Shown here: positions 46,353 to 55,390 of the stretch, one piece after another
How positions within the stretch are numbered: position 1 is the first letter of the stretch
Layout: the number at the start of each line of letters is the position of its first letter
Assembly (NCBI GenBank): GCA_027315165.1
Contig: DAHUYN010000007.1
Location: forward strand, 10,260-74,259
Source: Thermoplasmata archaeon
GTDB taxonomy: Archaea > Thermoplasmatota > Thermoplasmata > Lutacidiplasmatales > UBA184
DNA length: 64,000 nt
Reading direction: 5' to 3'
The notes under the pieces: model-generated
Seen by the model: the letters and a program-made list of their open reading frames with translations, nothing else
Databases searched by the model: none
What the model was told of the DNA's origin: nothing
Made by a program: the position numbers and the translations under genes

Positions 46353-47318
46353 ATGAAGCTCGTGCACTTCGTCGTCGCCGACCAGTTCCACTTCGGGATG
46401 GTCACCGACGCCAACGAGTACATCGACCTCGACACGGCCTGCCGCGACTACCTCGGGGTCAACCCGGTCAAGGGGGCCGACCCCAGCCGGTTCCGCGACA
46501 TGCGCGCGTTCTTTGCGGGCGGCACCGACTCCGTCGAGCTCACGCGCAAGATCCTCGAGTACATCGACCGGCGCCGCAAGGCCGGCTGGACGCCGAGGGC
46601 CGCGACCGGGGCCCGCTTCCTCTTCAAACCCGAGGAGGCGATCCGCCTCCAGGCCCCCGTCCTCAACGGGGCCAAGATCTACTGCCTCGCGCAGAACTCC
46701 CGGAGCCACCTCGCCGAGCAGGGGAAGCCGCTCCCGGCGCGCCCGTACCTCTTCACGAGGTTCTTCAACAGCCTCGTCGGCCCCTCGGAGCCGCTCCTCC
46801 TCCACGCCGTCGGGACGTTCCCGGACGTCGAGCTCGAGCTCGCGGCCGTCATCGGCAAGCGTGGCAAGCACATCGCGGCCGCCGACGCCTACCAGCACGT
46901 GGCCGGCTACACGATCGCGCTCGACATGGGCTACCGCGATTTGCAGTACCCGCCCGGCGCGACGACGACCGACTGGGTGATGGGCAAGGGGTTCGACTCG
47001 ACGATGGCCGTCGGCCCGTGGGTGGTCCCGAAGGAGGAGGTCGGCGACCCGTACCCCCTCAAGATGGAGCTCACGGTCGGCGGCGAGCGTCGGCAGGCGG
47101 GCGACACGACCGACTACGTGTTCCGGCTCCCCGAGATCATCGCGCACCTCTCCCAAGGGATCACGCTCGAACCGGGCGACGTCCTGTCGCTCGGGACGTT
47201 GGGCGGCCTCCCCGGCTTCGAGTTCGGGAAGGAGAGCCGCAAGCTGAAGGCCGGCGACGTCATCGAGGGCTCGATCGAGCGGATCGGCGGGATCAAGATC
47301 CCGGTGCGGGCGGAATAA
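46353..47318 (+). CDS. Fumarylacetoacetate hydrolase family protein
   Basis: KIYCLAQN, DVELELAAVIGK, GYTIALD, GKGFD, VGPW and TLEPGDVLSLGT. Confidence 0.9.
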   Translation: MKLVHFVVADQFHFGMVTDANEYIDLDTACRDYLGVNPVKGADPSRFRDMRAFFAGGTDSVELTRKILEYIDRRRKAGWTPRAATGARFLFKPEEAIRLQAPVLNGAKIYCLAQNSRSHLAEQGKPLPARPYLFTRFFNSLVGPSEPLLLHAVGTFPDVELELAAVIGKRGKHIAAADAYQHVAGYTIALDMGYRDLQYPPGATTTDWVMGKGFDSTMAVGPWVVPKEEVGDPYPLKMELTVGGERRQAGDTTDYVFRLPEIIAHLSQGITLEPGDVLSLGTLGGLPGFEFGKESRKLKAGDVIEGSIERIGGIKIPVRAE

Positions 47319-48561
47319 CGGCCTCGCCGCGCAGGACGAGGAACAGCCCGAGCGGCGTCGGCACTGTCCGACGGTCGCCGGGGCCGCCAACGACCTCGGC
47401 GCCGCCGAGGCGCGCCTCGACGCGGTCCGCGAGCTCGACGACGACGCGGTCCCCCGCGCCCGACGGGAGCACCGCGTCGACGAGAGGGTCGAAGGCGTCG
47501 AGCGCCGCGCGGTCGAGCGACACGACGCGGAGGCCGCTCCCGCCGTGGAGCGAGCCCGGGAGCCGGATCAGACGGTGGATGTCCGTCGTCACGGGCGCGT
47601 CGGTCTCCCCCTGGACGGTGACGGCCGCGCGCGTGAAGACGACCTGGACGAGCTCTTTCGGGACCTCGCCACGGAACACCTCGAGCGAGAGCGACGCCCG
47701 GATCCTCTCGGCGTGGCCGTGGGAGAGGAGCGCGCGCGCGAGGCGCCGGGCCGAGTCGGCCGGGATCCCCGAGGCGACCATCTCGGCGACCGCGGGCTTT
47801 GGGCCCTCCCGCTCCCATCGCTCGAGCAGCGCCAGGACCGCACGGGTCGTCCGCCCCCGCCAGCCGGGCGCGTCCGGGGGCGGGAGGCGCTTGTACGAGG
47901 GCGAGCTCCGCCGGCGGACGGGGGCCTCCTCCGACTCGCCTCCGCCGACGAGGACGACCGGCGCGCTCGCGTCCTCGCGCCGCTGCTCGACCACCTGCGT
48001 CGCGTCGAAGCCGACGCCCATCACGTACTCGACGAGCTCGCGGCGCTCGGGGCTCGTGAGCGAGAGGAAGCGCCCGTCCCGGACATGGACGTGGTAGCCC
48101 CGGCCCCCGGAGAAGACGAGGCGCGTCTCCTCGGGAGGGATCCCGAAGTCGCCGTAGAGGAAGTCGTCGAGCAGCGCGGCGACGCGCTCCTTGACGAGGG
48201 CGAGCTGCTCGGCGTAGCGGAGCCCCCCGGCCCCTCGCAGGTGGTCGGCGTCGAGGTCGAAGATCAGGTCGGCGCCGAGCCACTCCTTCGCCGCCATCTG
48301 AGGGTGGTCCGGGACGCGGTAGTACGCCGAGGAGTAGTAGACGTGCCGCGGAACCTCCCGCTCGAGGTAGTGGTGGAACTCCTCGGAGGTGCGGAAGCTC
48401 GCGTGCCGGCGCATCAGCGTCTCCGTCGCGAACGGGAACGCCGCGAACTCCCGTCGCGCGAAGCGCTCGGGCGGCTCGACGACCGTCGAGCGGTAGTACC
48501 GCGCGAACTCGGCCCTCGCGAACGCGAGCGAGGGGCCGTCGAGCTGGGCGATCTTCCCCAA
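47293..48561 (-). CDS. priS: DNA primase catalytic subunit PriS
   Basis: RREFA, HVYYSSAYY, ADLIFDLDADH, FSGGRGYHVHV and DAPVTTDIHRLIRLPGSLHG. Confidence 0.95.
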   Translation of the reverse strand: MGKIAQLDGPSLAFARAEFARYYRSTVVEPPERFARREFAAFPFATETLMRRHASFRTSEEFHHYLEREVPRHVYYSSAYYRVPDHPQMAAKEWLGADLIFDLDADHLRGAGGLRYAEQLALVKERVAALLDDFLYGDFGIPPEETRLVFSGGRGYHVHVRDGRFLSLTSPERRELVEYVMGVGFDATQVVEQRREDASAPVVLVGGGESEEAPVRRRSSPSYKRLPPPDAPGWRGRTTRAVLALLERWEREGPKPAVAEMVASGIPADSARRLARALLSHGHAERIRASLSLEVFRGEVPKELVQVVFTRAAVTVQGETDAPVTTDIHRLIRLPGSLHGGSGLRVVSLDRAALDAFDPLVDAVLPSGAGDRVVVELADRVEARLGGAEVVGGPGDRRTVPTPLGLFLVLRGEAVIPPAPGS

Positions 48562-48563
48562 GG

Positions 48564-49148
48564 CTACTCCGCGGGGTCGCTCCCCTCCGCCTCGAGCGGC
48601 GAGGCGAGCGCGTCGGCCTGCGCCTGGTTGCGCTTGAGGCGCGCCAGGAGGTGGAAGACGGCGGAGTGCTCGCTCCCGCGAAGGAGGAGCTCGATCGCGC
48701 GCGTCGCCCGCTCGAGCTGCTTGTCGTCGCCGATCACCGCGACGCTGCTCCCGAAGACGCTCACCGAGGCGCCGGAGAGCTCCTCGATCCGGCTTCGAGC
48801 CCGGCCGCGGACCCCGATGAGCCTCGAGCGGATCCGCCAGAGGCCGGCCTTCTCTCGCTTGCCGGTGACGCGCTTGATGTCGATGATCCCCAGGTAGGTT
48901 CCCTCGCGGAGGAGGCGCGCCGCCCGCTCTGGAGAGAACCCGCGACCGATCGCCAGGACCATGTCGCGGGCCCGGAGCGCCCCGTCCGGGTCCCCCTCGT
49001 CGAGGGAGCGGACCTGGACCTCCCCGTCCTCCGGGGCGATGCGGACCTCGGTCCGGGTCTCCCTCTCGATCGAGCGCTTCGTGGACCCGCCGGGGCCGAT
49101 CACGGCGCCGAGACGCTCCTCGGGGATCCGCACGTAGAGGACCGGCAT
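48564..49148 (-). CDS. KH-domain rRNA processing protein (Dim2/Pno1-like)
   Basis: IPEERLGAVIGPGG, AIGRGFSPERA, RLIGVRG and LLRGSEHSAVF; its ATG overlaps the rio1 TGA. Confidence 0.9.
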   Translation of the reverse strand: MPVLYVRIPEERLGAVIGPGGSTKRSIERETRTEVRIAPEDGEVQVRSLDEGDPDGALRARDMVLAIGRGFSPERAARLLREGTYLGIIDIKRVTGKREKAGLWRIRSRLIGVRGRARSRIEELSGASVSVFGSSVAVIGDDKQLERATRAIELLLRGSEHSAVFHLLARLKRNQAQADALASPLEAEGSDPAE

Positions 49149-49930
49149 CAGGCCTCCTGCGGGCCCACGGAGGGCCCGCCGATGGCCTCGAAGAGCTCTT
49201 CGGACGTCACCTCGACCCCGAGGCGGCGGAAGTACCGCGCAAAGTTCGTCACGTCCCGCTCGAGCAACCCCCGCGCCGCGGGATGGGTCGCCTCGACGGC
49301 CTGCGCGACGTCGATGAGGATCGGCCGGTCCTCGAGGAGCAGGACGTTGTAGGGGGAGAGGTCGCCGTGGACGAGCCGGGCCTCCACCGTCATCCGTTTC
49401 AGCTCGAGGACGAGCTCGTCGTAGAAGGCATCGGGGTCGGCGACGACCGCTTCCTGCAGGAGCGGGGCGGCGAGCCCCCCGGCCCCGATGAACTCCATCA
49501 CGAGGACGTTGCGGAGGTAGCCGTACGGCTCGGGGACCCGCACCCCCGCGGCCCGCAGCCGGCGCAGGATCGTGTGCTCGCGGCGCGTCCAGCCGTAGAT
49601 CAGCCGCCGGAAGTTCCCCTCGCTCGCCTCCCGTCGGAGCTCCTCGAGCGCGTGCAGGGGAATGCGGCGGAACACCGCGTTGCCGACGCGATAGATCTTC
49701 ACGGCGCGGAACCCGTCGCCCGCCGTCGCCCGGAAGACGCCTCCCTCCTTGCCGGTCGAGATCGGGTAGTCGATCGCCTCGAACTGGCCCTGGGTCACGA
49801 GGCGCGAGACCGTGAGGAGCGTCGGATGGTCGAAGAACTCGTCGAGCAGCTTGCGCGACGCGTCCTCGCGGCGGCGGTCCTCGAACCGCTCCTTGCGGCG
49901 AGGGAAGAGGAGCTCGGCGGGGTGGGGCAT
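49148..49930 (-). CDS. rio1: RIO1 family Ser/Thr kinase
   Basis: ISTGKEG, AVKIY, NVLVMEFIG, LVHGDLSPYNVL, IDVAQAV and LERDV.N. Confidence 0.93.
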   Translation of the reverse strand: MPHPAELLFPRRKERFEDRRREDASRKLLDEFFDHPTLLTVSRLVTQGQFEAIDYPISTGKEGGVFRATAGDGFRAVKIYRVGNAVFRRIPLHALEELRREASEGNFRRLIYGWTRREHTILRRLRAAGVRVPEPYGYLRNVLVMEFIGAGGLAAPLLQEAVVADPDAFYDELVLELKRMTVEARLVHGDLSPYNVLLLEDRPILIDVAQAVEATHPAARGLLERDVTNFARYFRRLGVEVTSEELFEAIGGPSVGPQEA

Positions 49931-50050
49931 CGGCGCGGTAGCGCGGCCCGGGGCCTTTAGGTCGCCGGTCCTCGCGGGGCCGAGGGGAGGGGCCCGGTGG
50001 CGCCAACGTAACCGCGAGTATATCCGCCCGCGGACCGCTCTCCGGGGACG

Positions 50051-50623
50051 ATGCGGCTCCCCCTCTCGGTCGACGCGCCCGGTACGGCCGCGAAGCGCCC
50101 CACCCTCCGCGAGGCGCCCGCGACGTCGCCGCCCCCGTTCCCGCCCGGCCGGCGCCTCGAGGCCCCCGCCGACTACGACCGGGTCTTCTCCGTCGTGCGG
50201 GCCGCCGTGCGACAGGCCCTCGGGATCGAGCGACCCGGCCTCGGGCTGGCCCTCTCGGACCTGCCGCCCGGGCTCGGCGCCTACTGGCAGGTGACGGGGA
50301 ACATCATCGTCATGAACGAGGGGCTCGTTCGCACGATGGCGACGCACGCGAGGTCGTCGCTCGAGTTCAACTCGTTCGTCTTCGTCATCCTCGCCCACGA
50401 GTACCTCCACGCCCTGGGCTATCTCGACGAGGCGGAGGTCCGCCGCGTCACGGCCCTCGTCACGCGCACGGTCCTCGGCGCGGACCATCCCGCGACGACG
50501 ATGGCCGAGGGGGACCTCTGGCGGATGTTCCCGTTCCTGGCCTACGCGCCCCCGGGCACGGGCCGTCGCTTCACCCTCGTCCGCGGCTTCGACCGCGCGT
50601 CGACGGACACCTACATCCGGTAG
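50051..50623 (+). CDS. Hypothetical zincin-like metalloprotein
   Basis: ILAHEYLHALG (HExxH) with a downstream E; TATAT about 30 nt upstream. Confidence 0.7.
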   Translation: MRLPLSVDAPGTAAKRPTLREAPATSPPPFPPGRRLEAPADYDRVFSVVRAAVRQALGIERPGLGLALSDLPPGLGAYWQVTGNIIVMNEGLVRTMATHARSSLEFNSFVFVILAHEYLHALGYLDEAEVRRVTALVTRTVLGADHPATTMAEGDLWRMFPFLAYAPPGTGRRFTLVRGFDRASTDTYIR

Positions 50624-50684
50624 TCCCGGCCCGTCGGGACCCGGACGAAACCTTATCAGACGGCAGCGGGTCTGCCGCGCACGC

Positions 50685-51146
50685 ATGGTCCTGCTCATCG
50701 GCGTGGCCTTGGTCGTCGCGGGCGCCTTCCTGTTCTCCATCGAGCTGATCCATCCCGGCGCTCTCCTGCTCATCCCCGGCAGCGTCCTGCTCGTCGCGGG
50801 GTCGATCGCCCTCCTGTTCGACGAGTCGGTGATCCTGACCATCCCCGGGCTCCTCGCGATCGTGGTCGGCGTCCTGCTCGCGACCTACGTGCAGATCCAG
50901 TACTACCTCCGCGTCGCCCCGACGCACCGGCCGATGTCGACGACGGCCCGCGGCCTCGCGGGCGCCGAAGGCATCGTCATCGCGCCGGTCGTCCCCGACA
51001 CGCTCTCGGGGAAGGTCCGGCTCGGCTCGGAGGTCTGGTCGGCCCGCTCGAACCGGGCGATCGCCGCCGGGACCCGGGTCCGGGTCGTGACCGGCGAGGG
51101 CGTCGCGGTCACGGTCCTGCCCGTCGAGGAATCGACGGCCGGCTGA
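50685..51146 (+). CDS. NfeD-like protein (TM plus OB fold)
   Basis: Three TMs, then GKVRLGSEVWSARS...GTRVRVV..EG; adjacent to the SPFH gene. Confidence 0.88.
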   Translation: MVLLIGVALVVAGAFLFSIELIHPGALLLIPGSVLLVAGSIALLFDESVILTIPGLLAIVVGVLLATYVQIQYYLRVAPTHRPMSTTARGLAGAEGIVIAPVVPDTLSGKVRLGSEVWSARSNRAIAAGTRVRVVTGEGVAVTVLPVEESTAG

Positions 51147-51158
51147 GGGGAGGAAACG

Positions 51159-52427
51159 ATGGACCCGACGGAGCTCGCGCTCCTGATCATCCTGCTTCTC
51201 GTCATCGCGCTCGTCGTCGCGACGCGCGGCATCTGGACGGTCCAGCCGTACCAGCAGGGGCTCGTCACGCTGCTCGGCTCCTACAAGCGGATGATCGACC
51301 CGGGGGCCCACTGGATCAACCCGATCGCCCGCGTGCAGAAGATCGACCTCCGAACGCAGGTCCTCGAGATCCCGCGGCAGGAGGTCATCACGAAGGACAA
51401 CTCGCCGACCAACGTCGACGCGATCATCTACATCAAGGTCGTCGACGCCCCCCGCGCGATCTTCCAGGTCCAGGACTACCACATCGCGACCGTCGCGTTG
51501 GCCCAGACGACCCTTCGGTCGATCATCGGGGACATGGAGCTCGACGAGATCCTCTACAACCGCGAGCGGATCAACACGAGGCTCCGCGACATCCTCGACG
51601 AGGCGACGGACCGCTGGGGCGTCCGCGTCGAGGCCGTCGAGATCAAGGAGGTCGACCCGGTCGGCCCCGTCAAGTCCGCGATGGAGGAGCAGACCGCCGC
51701 CGAACGCCAGCGACGGGCCGCGGTCCTTCGCGCGGACGGGGAGAAGCGCTCCGCGATCCTCGTGGCCGAGGGGCAGAAGCGCTCCCGCATCCTCGCCGCC
51801 GAAGGGGTCCGGCAGTCGAAGATCCTCGAGGCCGAGGGCGGCCGGGTGGCGACGATCCTCGAGGCGCAGGGGGAGTCGCAGCGGCTGCGGATCCTCTCCC
51901 TCGGGGCCGGCACGCTCGACGCGAAGTCGCTCACGGTCCTCTCGCTCGACACGGTCGCCAAGATCGGTGACGGCCAGGCCACGAAGATCCTGTTCCCGCT
52001 CGAGTTCACGCGGCTCGTCGAGGGTGCCTCGGAGTACCTGGGCACCGCTCGGACGGTGCCCGACCGGTCCCTCTCGAACCTGGACGAGCTCCAGCGCGTG
52101 GTCGGCTCGATCGACGACGTCTTGGGCCCGATCCCTCGCCAGCAGGAGCTGATGTCGGAGATCAAGTCGATCGAGGACGAGATCAAGGCCGAGTCGGACG
52201 AGTCGACGGCGATGGTCGCACCCGGGAGCCACGCCGGGAAGGAGTCCGCCGGCCTCTTCGCTCCGCCCGCGGAGCTCGCCCAGCCGGCCGTCGCGCCTCC
52301 GACGGCGCCGGCGACGGGGACCGAGACCGCTCGGCCCGCGCCGTCGGGGACGCCTTCGACGCTGCCCGCGGCGTCGGCGCCGATCTTCGCGCCGGACCCG
52401 AAGCGCCGCGCGCCGCCGCCGCCCTGA
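51159..52427 (+). CDS. SPFH/stomatin-like (band 7) protein
   Basis: IDLRTQ, VITKDN, LAQTTLRSIIG, WGVRV..VEIK and AER.RRA..AEG coiled coil. Confidence 0.93.
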   Translation: MDPTELALLIILLLVIALVVATRGIWTVQPYQQGLVTLLGSYKRMIDPGAHWINPIARVQKIDLRTQVLEIPRQEVITKDNSPTNVDAIIYIKVVDAPRAIFQVQDYHIATVALAQTTLRSIIGDMELDEILYNRERINTRLRDILDEATDRWGVRVEAVEIKEVDPVGPVKSAMEEQTAAERQRRAAVLRADGEKRSAILVAEGQKRSRILAAEGVRQSKILEAEGGRVATILEAQGESQRLRILSLGAGTLDAKSLTVLSLDTVAKIGDGQATKILFPLEFTRLVEGASEYLGTARTVPDRSLSNLDELQRVVGSIDDVLGPIPRQQELMSEIKSIEDEIKAESDESTAMVAPGSHAGKESAGLFAPPAELAQPAVAPPTAPATGTETARPAPSGTPSTLPAASAPIFAPDPKRRAPPPP

Positions 52428-52472
52428 CGGGCCGGGCCCGCTGCGGTCGGCCCGAGGGCTCGCGTGAGGGTG

Positions 52473-54077
52473 ATGCCTCCTCGCCTCTCCTCACGCACCG
52501 GGGCCGCGCTCGCGGCGGTGGCGATCGTCGTCCTCCTCGTTGTCACGGTCCCGGTGCCGACGGCGAGCGCCGCCTGTCCGAGCCCGGTCGCGGACCCGAC
52601 GACGACGACCCCGCTGCACCACATCTTCCTGATCATCAAGGAGAACCACGCCTTCGAGAACTACTTCGGCGAGCTCCCGGGGGTCGTCGGATACCCGCCG
52701 AACGGCTCGTTCCCGGCCGTCCTCGGGGGGCCCGCCACCGTCCACCCGTTCCCGATCCCCGGCAGCTCGACCCCGGACCTTCCCCACGACCGGGCCACGG
52801 AGGTCGCAGCGTGGGACGGTGGACGCAACGACCTGTTCGTCGCGCAGGCGCGGGCCGACGGCTACGCGAACGCGAACGACACGGTCGGCTACTACGGCCC
52901 CACGCAGCTCGCCCCGTACTACGCACTCGCCCGGAACTACACGCTCTCGGACGAGTTCTTCAGCGGCGTGATGGGCCCGACGCTCCCCAATCGCCTCTTC
53001 GACCTCGCCGCGACGAGCGGTGGCTGGCTCAACGACTCTCCTCCGCCGCCCTCGGCGATGGAGTTCCCCACCGTCCTCGACCAGCTCTCCGGCGCGGGTC
53101 TTTCCTGGGCCTACGACTACACCGGAGCGAACCGCTCCTACGTCCCCGCGCTCTACCTGCCGTCGATCGCCGACGTGCCGTGCCGCGCCGCGCTCGTCGT
53201 CCCGATCTCCGAGCTCTCGTCGCAGCTGGACGGACCCGCTCCGCCCGCCGTGACGGTCATCGACCCCTCGGGGTTCCTCTCGTACTCCGAGCACCCGCCC
53301 GCGAACGTCACGCTCGGCGCGGAGTGGACCGCGAGGCTCCTCGAGACGATCTTCTCGAGCCCCGTCGCGAGCTCGTCGGCGGCGTTCGTCTACTACGACG
53401 AGGCGGGCGGCTACTGGGACCCGGTCTCGCCGCCGGTCCGGGACGCCGTCGGGGACGGCTTTCGCGTGCCGCTCCTGACCATCTCGCCGTGGACGCCCGC
53501 CGGCGCGATCGACACGACGCCGACCGACCCGGCGAGCCTGCTCCATCTCATCGACGAGAACTTCGGGCTTCCCGCGCTGAACGCCCGCGTCGCCGCTTCC
53601 GTCGTCCCGGGCGACTGGTTCAACTTCTCCCGTCCCCCTCGCAGCTACGAGGGTCCCTCGTCGACGCTGCCGCCGTCGGGCCTCACGGTCGGGACGCCGG
53701 CCCTGTCGAGGCCGGCGATCGAGGGCGCTCGTCCGCCGCTCGGCCCCGTGGGCCCGGCGGCGCCGCCGGCCCTGGCCCTCGCCGCAGGGTCGCGAGGAAG
53801 TGGTCCCCGAGCGCCCGGAACGGCCACACCGAGCCGACGCGCCGGTCCCACCGGGCGAGCGTCTCGAACCGGCGCGAGAACCGCTCCGCATAGGCGACGA
53901 GGTCCGAGGGCGGCAACAGGACCGGCACCCCTTCGAGCCGTTCGAGCGAGAACGCCGGGGCGCACCGTCGCGCGAACTCCCACGCCGAGTAGGCAAAAAC
54001 GTCGATACAGAAGCGCGAGGCGCCGACCCGGATCGGGTTCTTGGCCCGGCCGAACGCCCGCCCCGGCTGCCCCGTGA
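52473..54077 (+). CDS. Secreted phosphoesterase (phospholipase C/acid phosphatase family)
   Basis: Signal peptide; HIFLIIKENHAFENYFG, GPTLPNRL, SEHPP, YDEAGGYWD and GFRVPLLTISPW. The domain ends near 53660 and the remaining tail is low-complexity. Confidence 0.85.
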   Translation: MPPRLSSRTGAALAAVAIVVLLVVTVPVPTASAACPSPVADPTTTTPLHHIFLIIKENHAFENYFGELPGVVGYPPNGSFPAVLGGPATVHPFPIPGSSTPDLPHDRATEVAAWDGGRNDLFVAQARADGYANANDTVGYYGPTQLAPYYALARNYTLSDEFFSGVMGPTLPNRLFDLAATSGGWLNDSPPPPSAMEFPTVLDQLSGAGLSWAYDYTGANRSYVPALYLPSIADVPCRAALVVPISELSSQLDGPAPPAVTVIDPSGFLSYSEHPPANVTLGAEWTARLLETIFSSPVASSSAAFVYYDEAGGYWDPVSPPVRDAVGDGFRVPLLTISPWTPAGAIDTTPTDPASLLHLIDENFGLPALNARVAASVVPGDWFNFSRPPRSYEGPSSTLPPSGLTVGTPALSRPAIEGARPPLGPVGPAAPPALALAAGSRGSGPRAPGTATPSRRAGPTGRASRTGARTAPHRRRGPRAATGPAPLRAVRARTPGRTVARTPTPSRQKRRYRSARRRPGSGSWPGRTPAPAAP

Positions 54078-54918
54078 GGCCGTAGCCGGCCAGCTCGAAG
54101 AGGCACCAGCGGTTGTAGACACCGGCGAAGAACGGGGCGCCGGCGGGGAGGAGCGCCTCGAGCGCCGAGACGACCGGATCGAGGCTCACCTCGGCGTTGA
54201 GCGCCCCGTACGTCGAGTAGGCGCCGTCGAAGCTGCCGGCGCCGAGCTCGTCGACGAGGCCCCCCAGGTCCGCGGCCCGCCGCTTCGAGGTCGTGAGCCG
54301 CTCGCGAACGCCGGCGGCGCGGGCCTTCTCCTCGACGACGCGGAGCATCCGCTCGGAGATGTCGACGGCGAGGATCTCGTGGCCCTCCTCGAGCAGCGGG
54401 AGCGTCTCCATCCCCGAGCCGCAGCCGACCTCGAGGAGCCGACGGCGACCCGAGAACAGCGGGCGCATCCTCGAGAGCGACCGGTCGCGGAGGAGGCGGT
54501 TCATCCGGTTCCCGAGGATGTGCCGGTCGTAGTCGTCGGCGACGTTGTCGAACTCGGCCTCGAGCCAGCGGCGATATCGCGCCTCCGCGCCGGGCTCGAC
54601 GCCGGCCCCGAGGTCGACCCGGAGCACGCGCGCGGGGCTCTCGTAGAAACGGGCGAACGCCTCGTCGCCGTACTTCGTCCGGAACCTCTCGAGGATGCTG
54701 CGGCGCTCGGTCGGGTCCGCGACGAGGACGAGGGGTCCCGAGGCGGCGCCGTCGGCGAAGCGGAGCGTCACACGACCCTCGCGCAGGGCGTCGACCGGCC
54801 ATCGAGAGGCCCGGTCGCCGGCCACGAGGAAGACCTTGGACCCCTCGCGGACGAACCCGAGCGGGACCTCGCGGCCCGTCGCGAGGAGCCAGAGGTGTTC
54901 CTTCGAGGCGCCGGCCAT
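53683..54918 (-). CDS. Class I SAM methyltransferase with an N-terminal split-barrel (deazaflavin nitroreductase-like) domain
   Basis: FDNVADDYD, LLEVGCGSG, VDISERML and FDGAYSTYGALN; N-terminal REVPLGFV...VFLVA...W...RVTL...FRTKYG. Confidence 0.8.
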   Translation of the reverse strand: MAGASKEHLWLLATGREVPLGFVREGSKVFLVAGDRASRWPVDALREGRVTLRFADGAASGPLVLVADPTERRSILERFRTKYGDEAFARFYESPARVLRVDLGAGVEPGAEARYRRWLEAEFDNVADDYDRHILGNRMNRLLRDRSLSRMRPLFSGRRRLLEVGCGSGMETLPLLEEGHEILAVDISERMLRVVEEKARAAGVRERLTTSKRRAADLGGLVDELGAGSFDGAYSTYGALNAEVSLDPVVSALEALLPAGAPFFAGVYNRWCLFELAGYGLTGQPGRAFGRAKNPIRVGASRFCIDVFAYSAWEFARRCAPAFSLERLEGVPVLLPPSDLVAYAERFSRRFETLARWDRRVGSVWPFRALGDHFLATLRRGPGPAAPPGPRGRAADERPRSPASTGPASRP

Positions 54919-54990
54919 CCGCGGACGGAGCCCCGCACACGGAGATAGAGTTGCCGGGGCGTCGCTCGCCCGCTCGAAGCCGAGAGCTCC

Positions 54991-55360
54991 TCAGCCGTTG
55001 AGCGGAGAGACCGTGCCGGTGAGCCAGGACGGGACCGCGGCGATCTGCGCCTCGGAGAGAAGAACGTGCTCGGGGAACACGCCGGTGCCGAACGGCCTCG
55101 AGAGGTGGGTCTTCCGGCCGAAGTAGAGCGCGTAAGCGTGGGGGTCGTTGGCGACGAGCGGGAACCGGTCCTCCGAGGCGACGACCGTCGCGCCCGCCGG
55201 CACCCTCGACGCGAGCGAGGCGGGGCCGTGAGGTTCCCCGACGGCGCGAGCGACACATCGTAGCCGAGGGGCGTGTTCGTCGACAACGCCGGGTCGAGCG
55301 GGCACGCGAGCCGGTTCAACGCGACGAGCGCGACGGCCGCGCGCGCGGGGCCGGAACGGG
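54991..55360 (-). pseudogene. Frameshifted C-terminal remnant of a DUF2079-like membrane protein
   Basis: VALNRLACPLDP...GYDVS in one frame shifts near 55230 to LASRVPAGATVVASEDRFPLVANDPHAY, which resembles recalled DUF2079 C-termini. There is no N-terminal TM body. Confidence 0.45.
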
Positions 55361-55390
55361 CGTCGGGTCGGTCGAGGCCTCCGCCAACGC

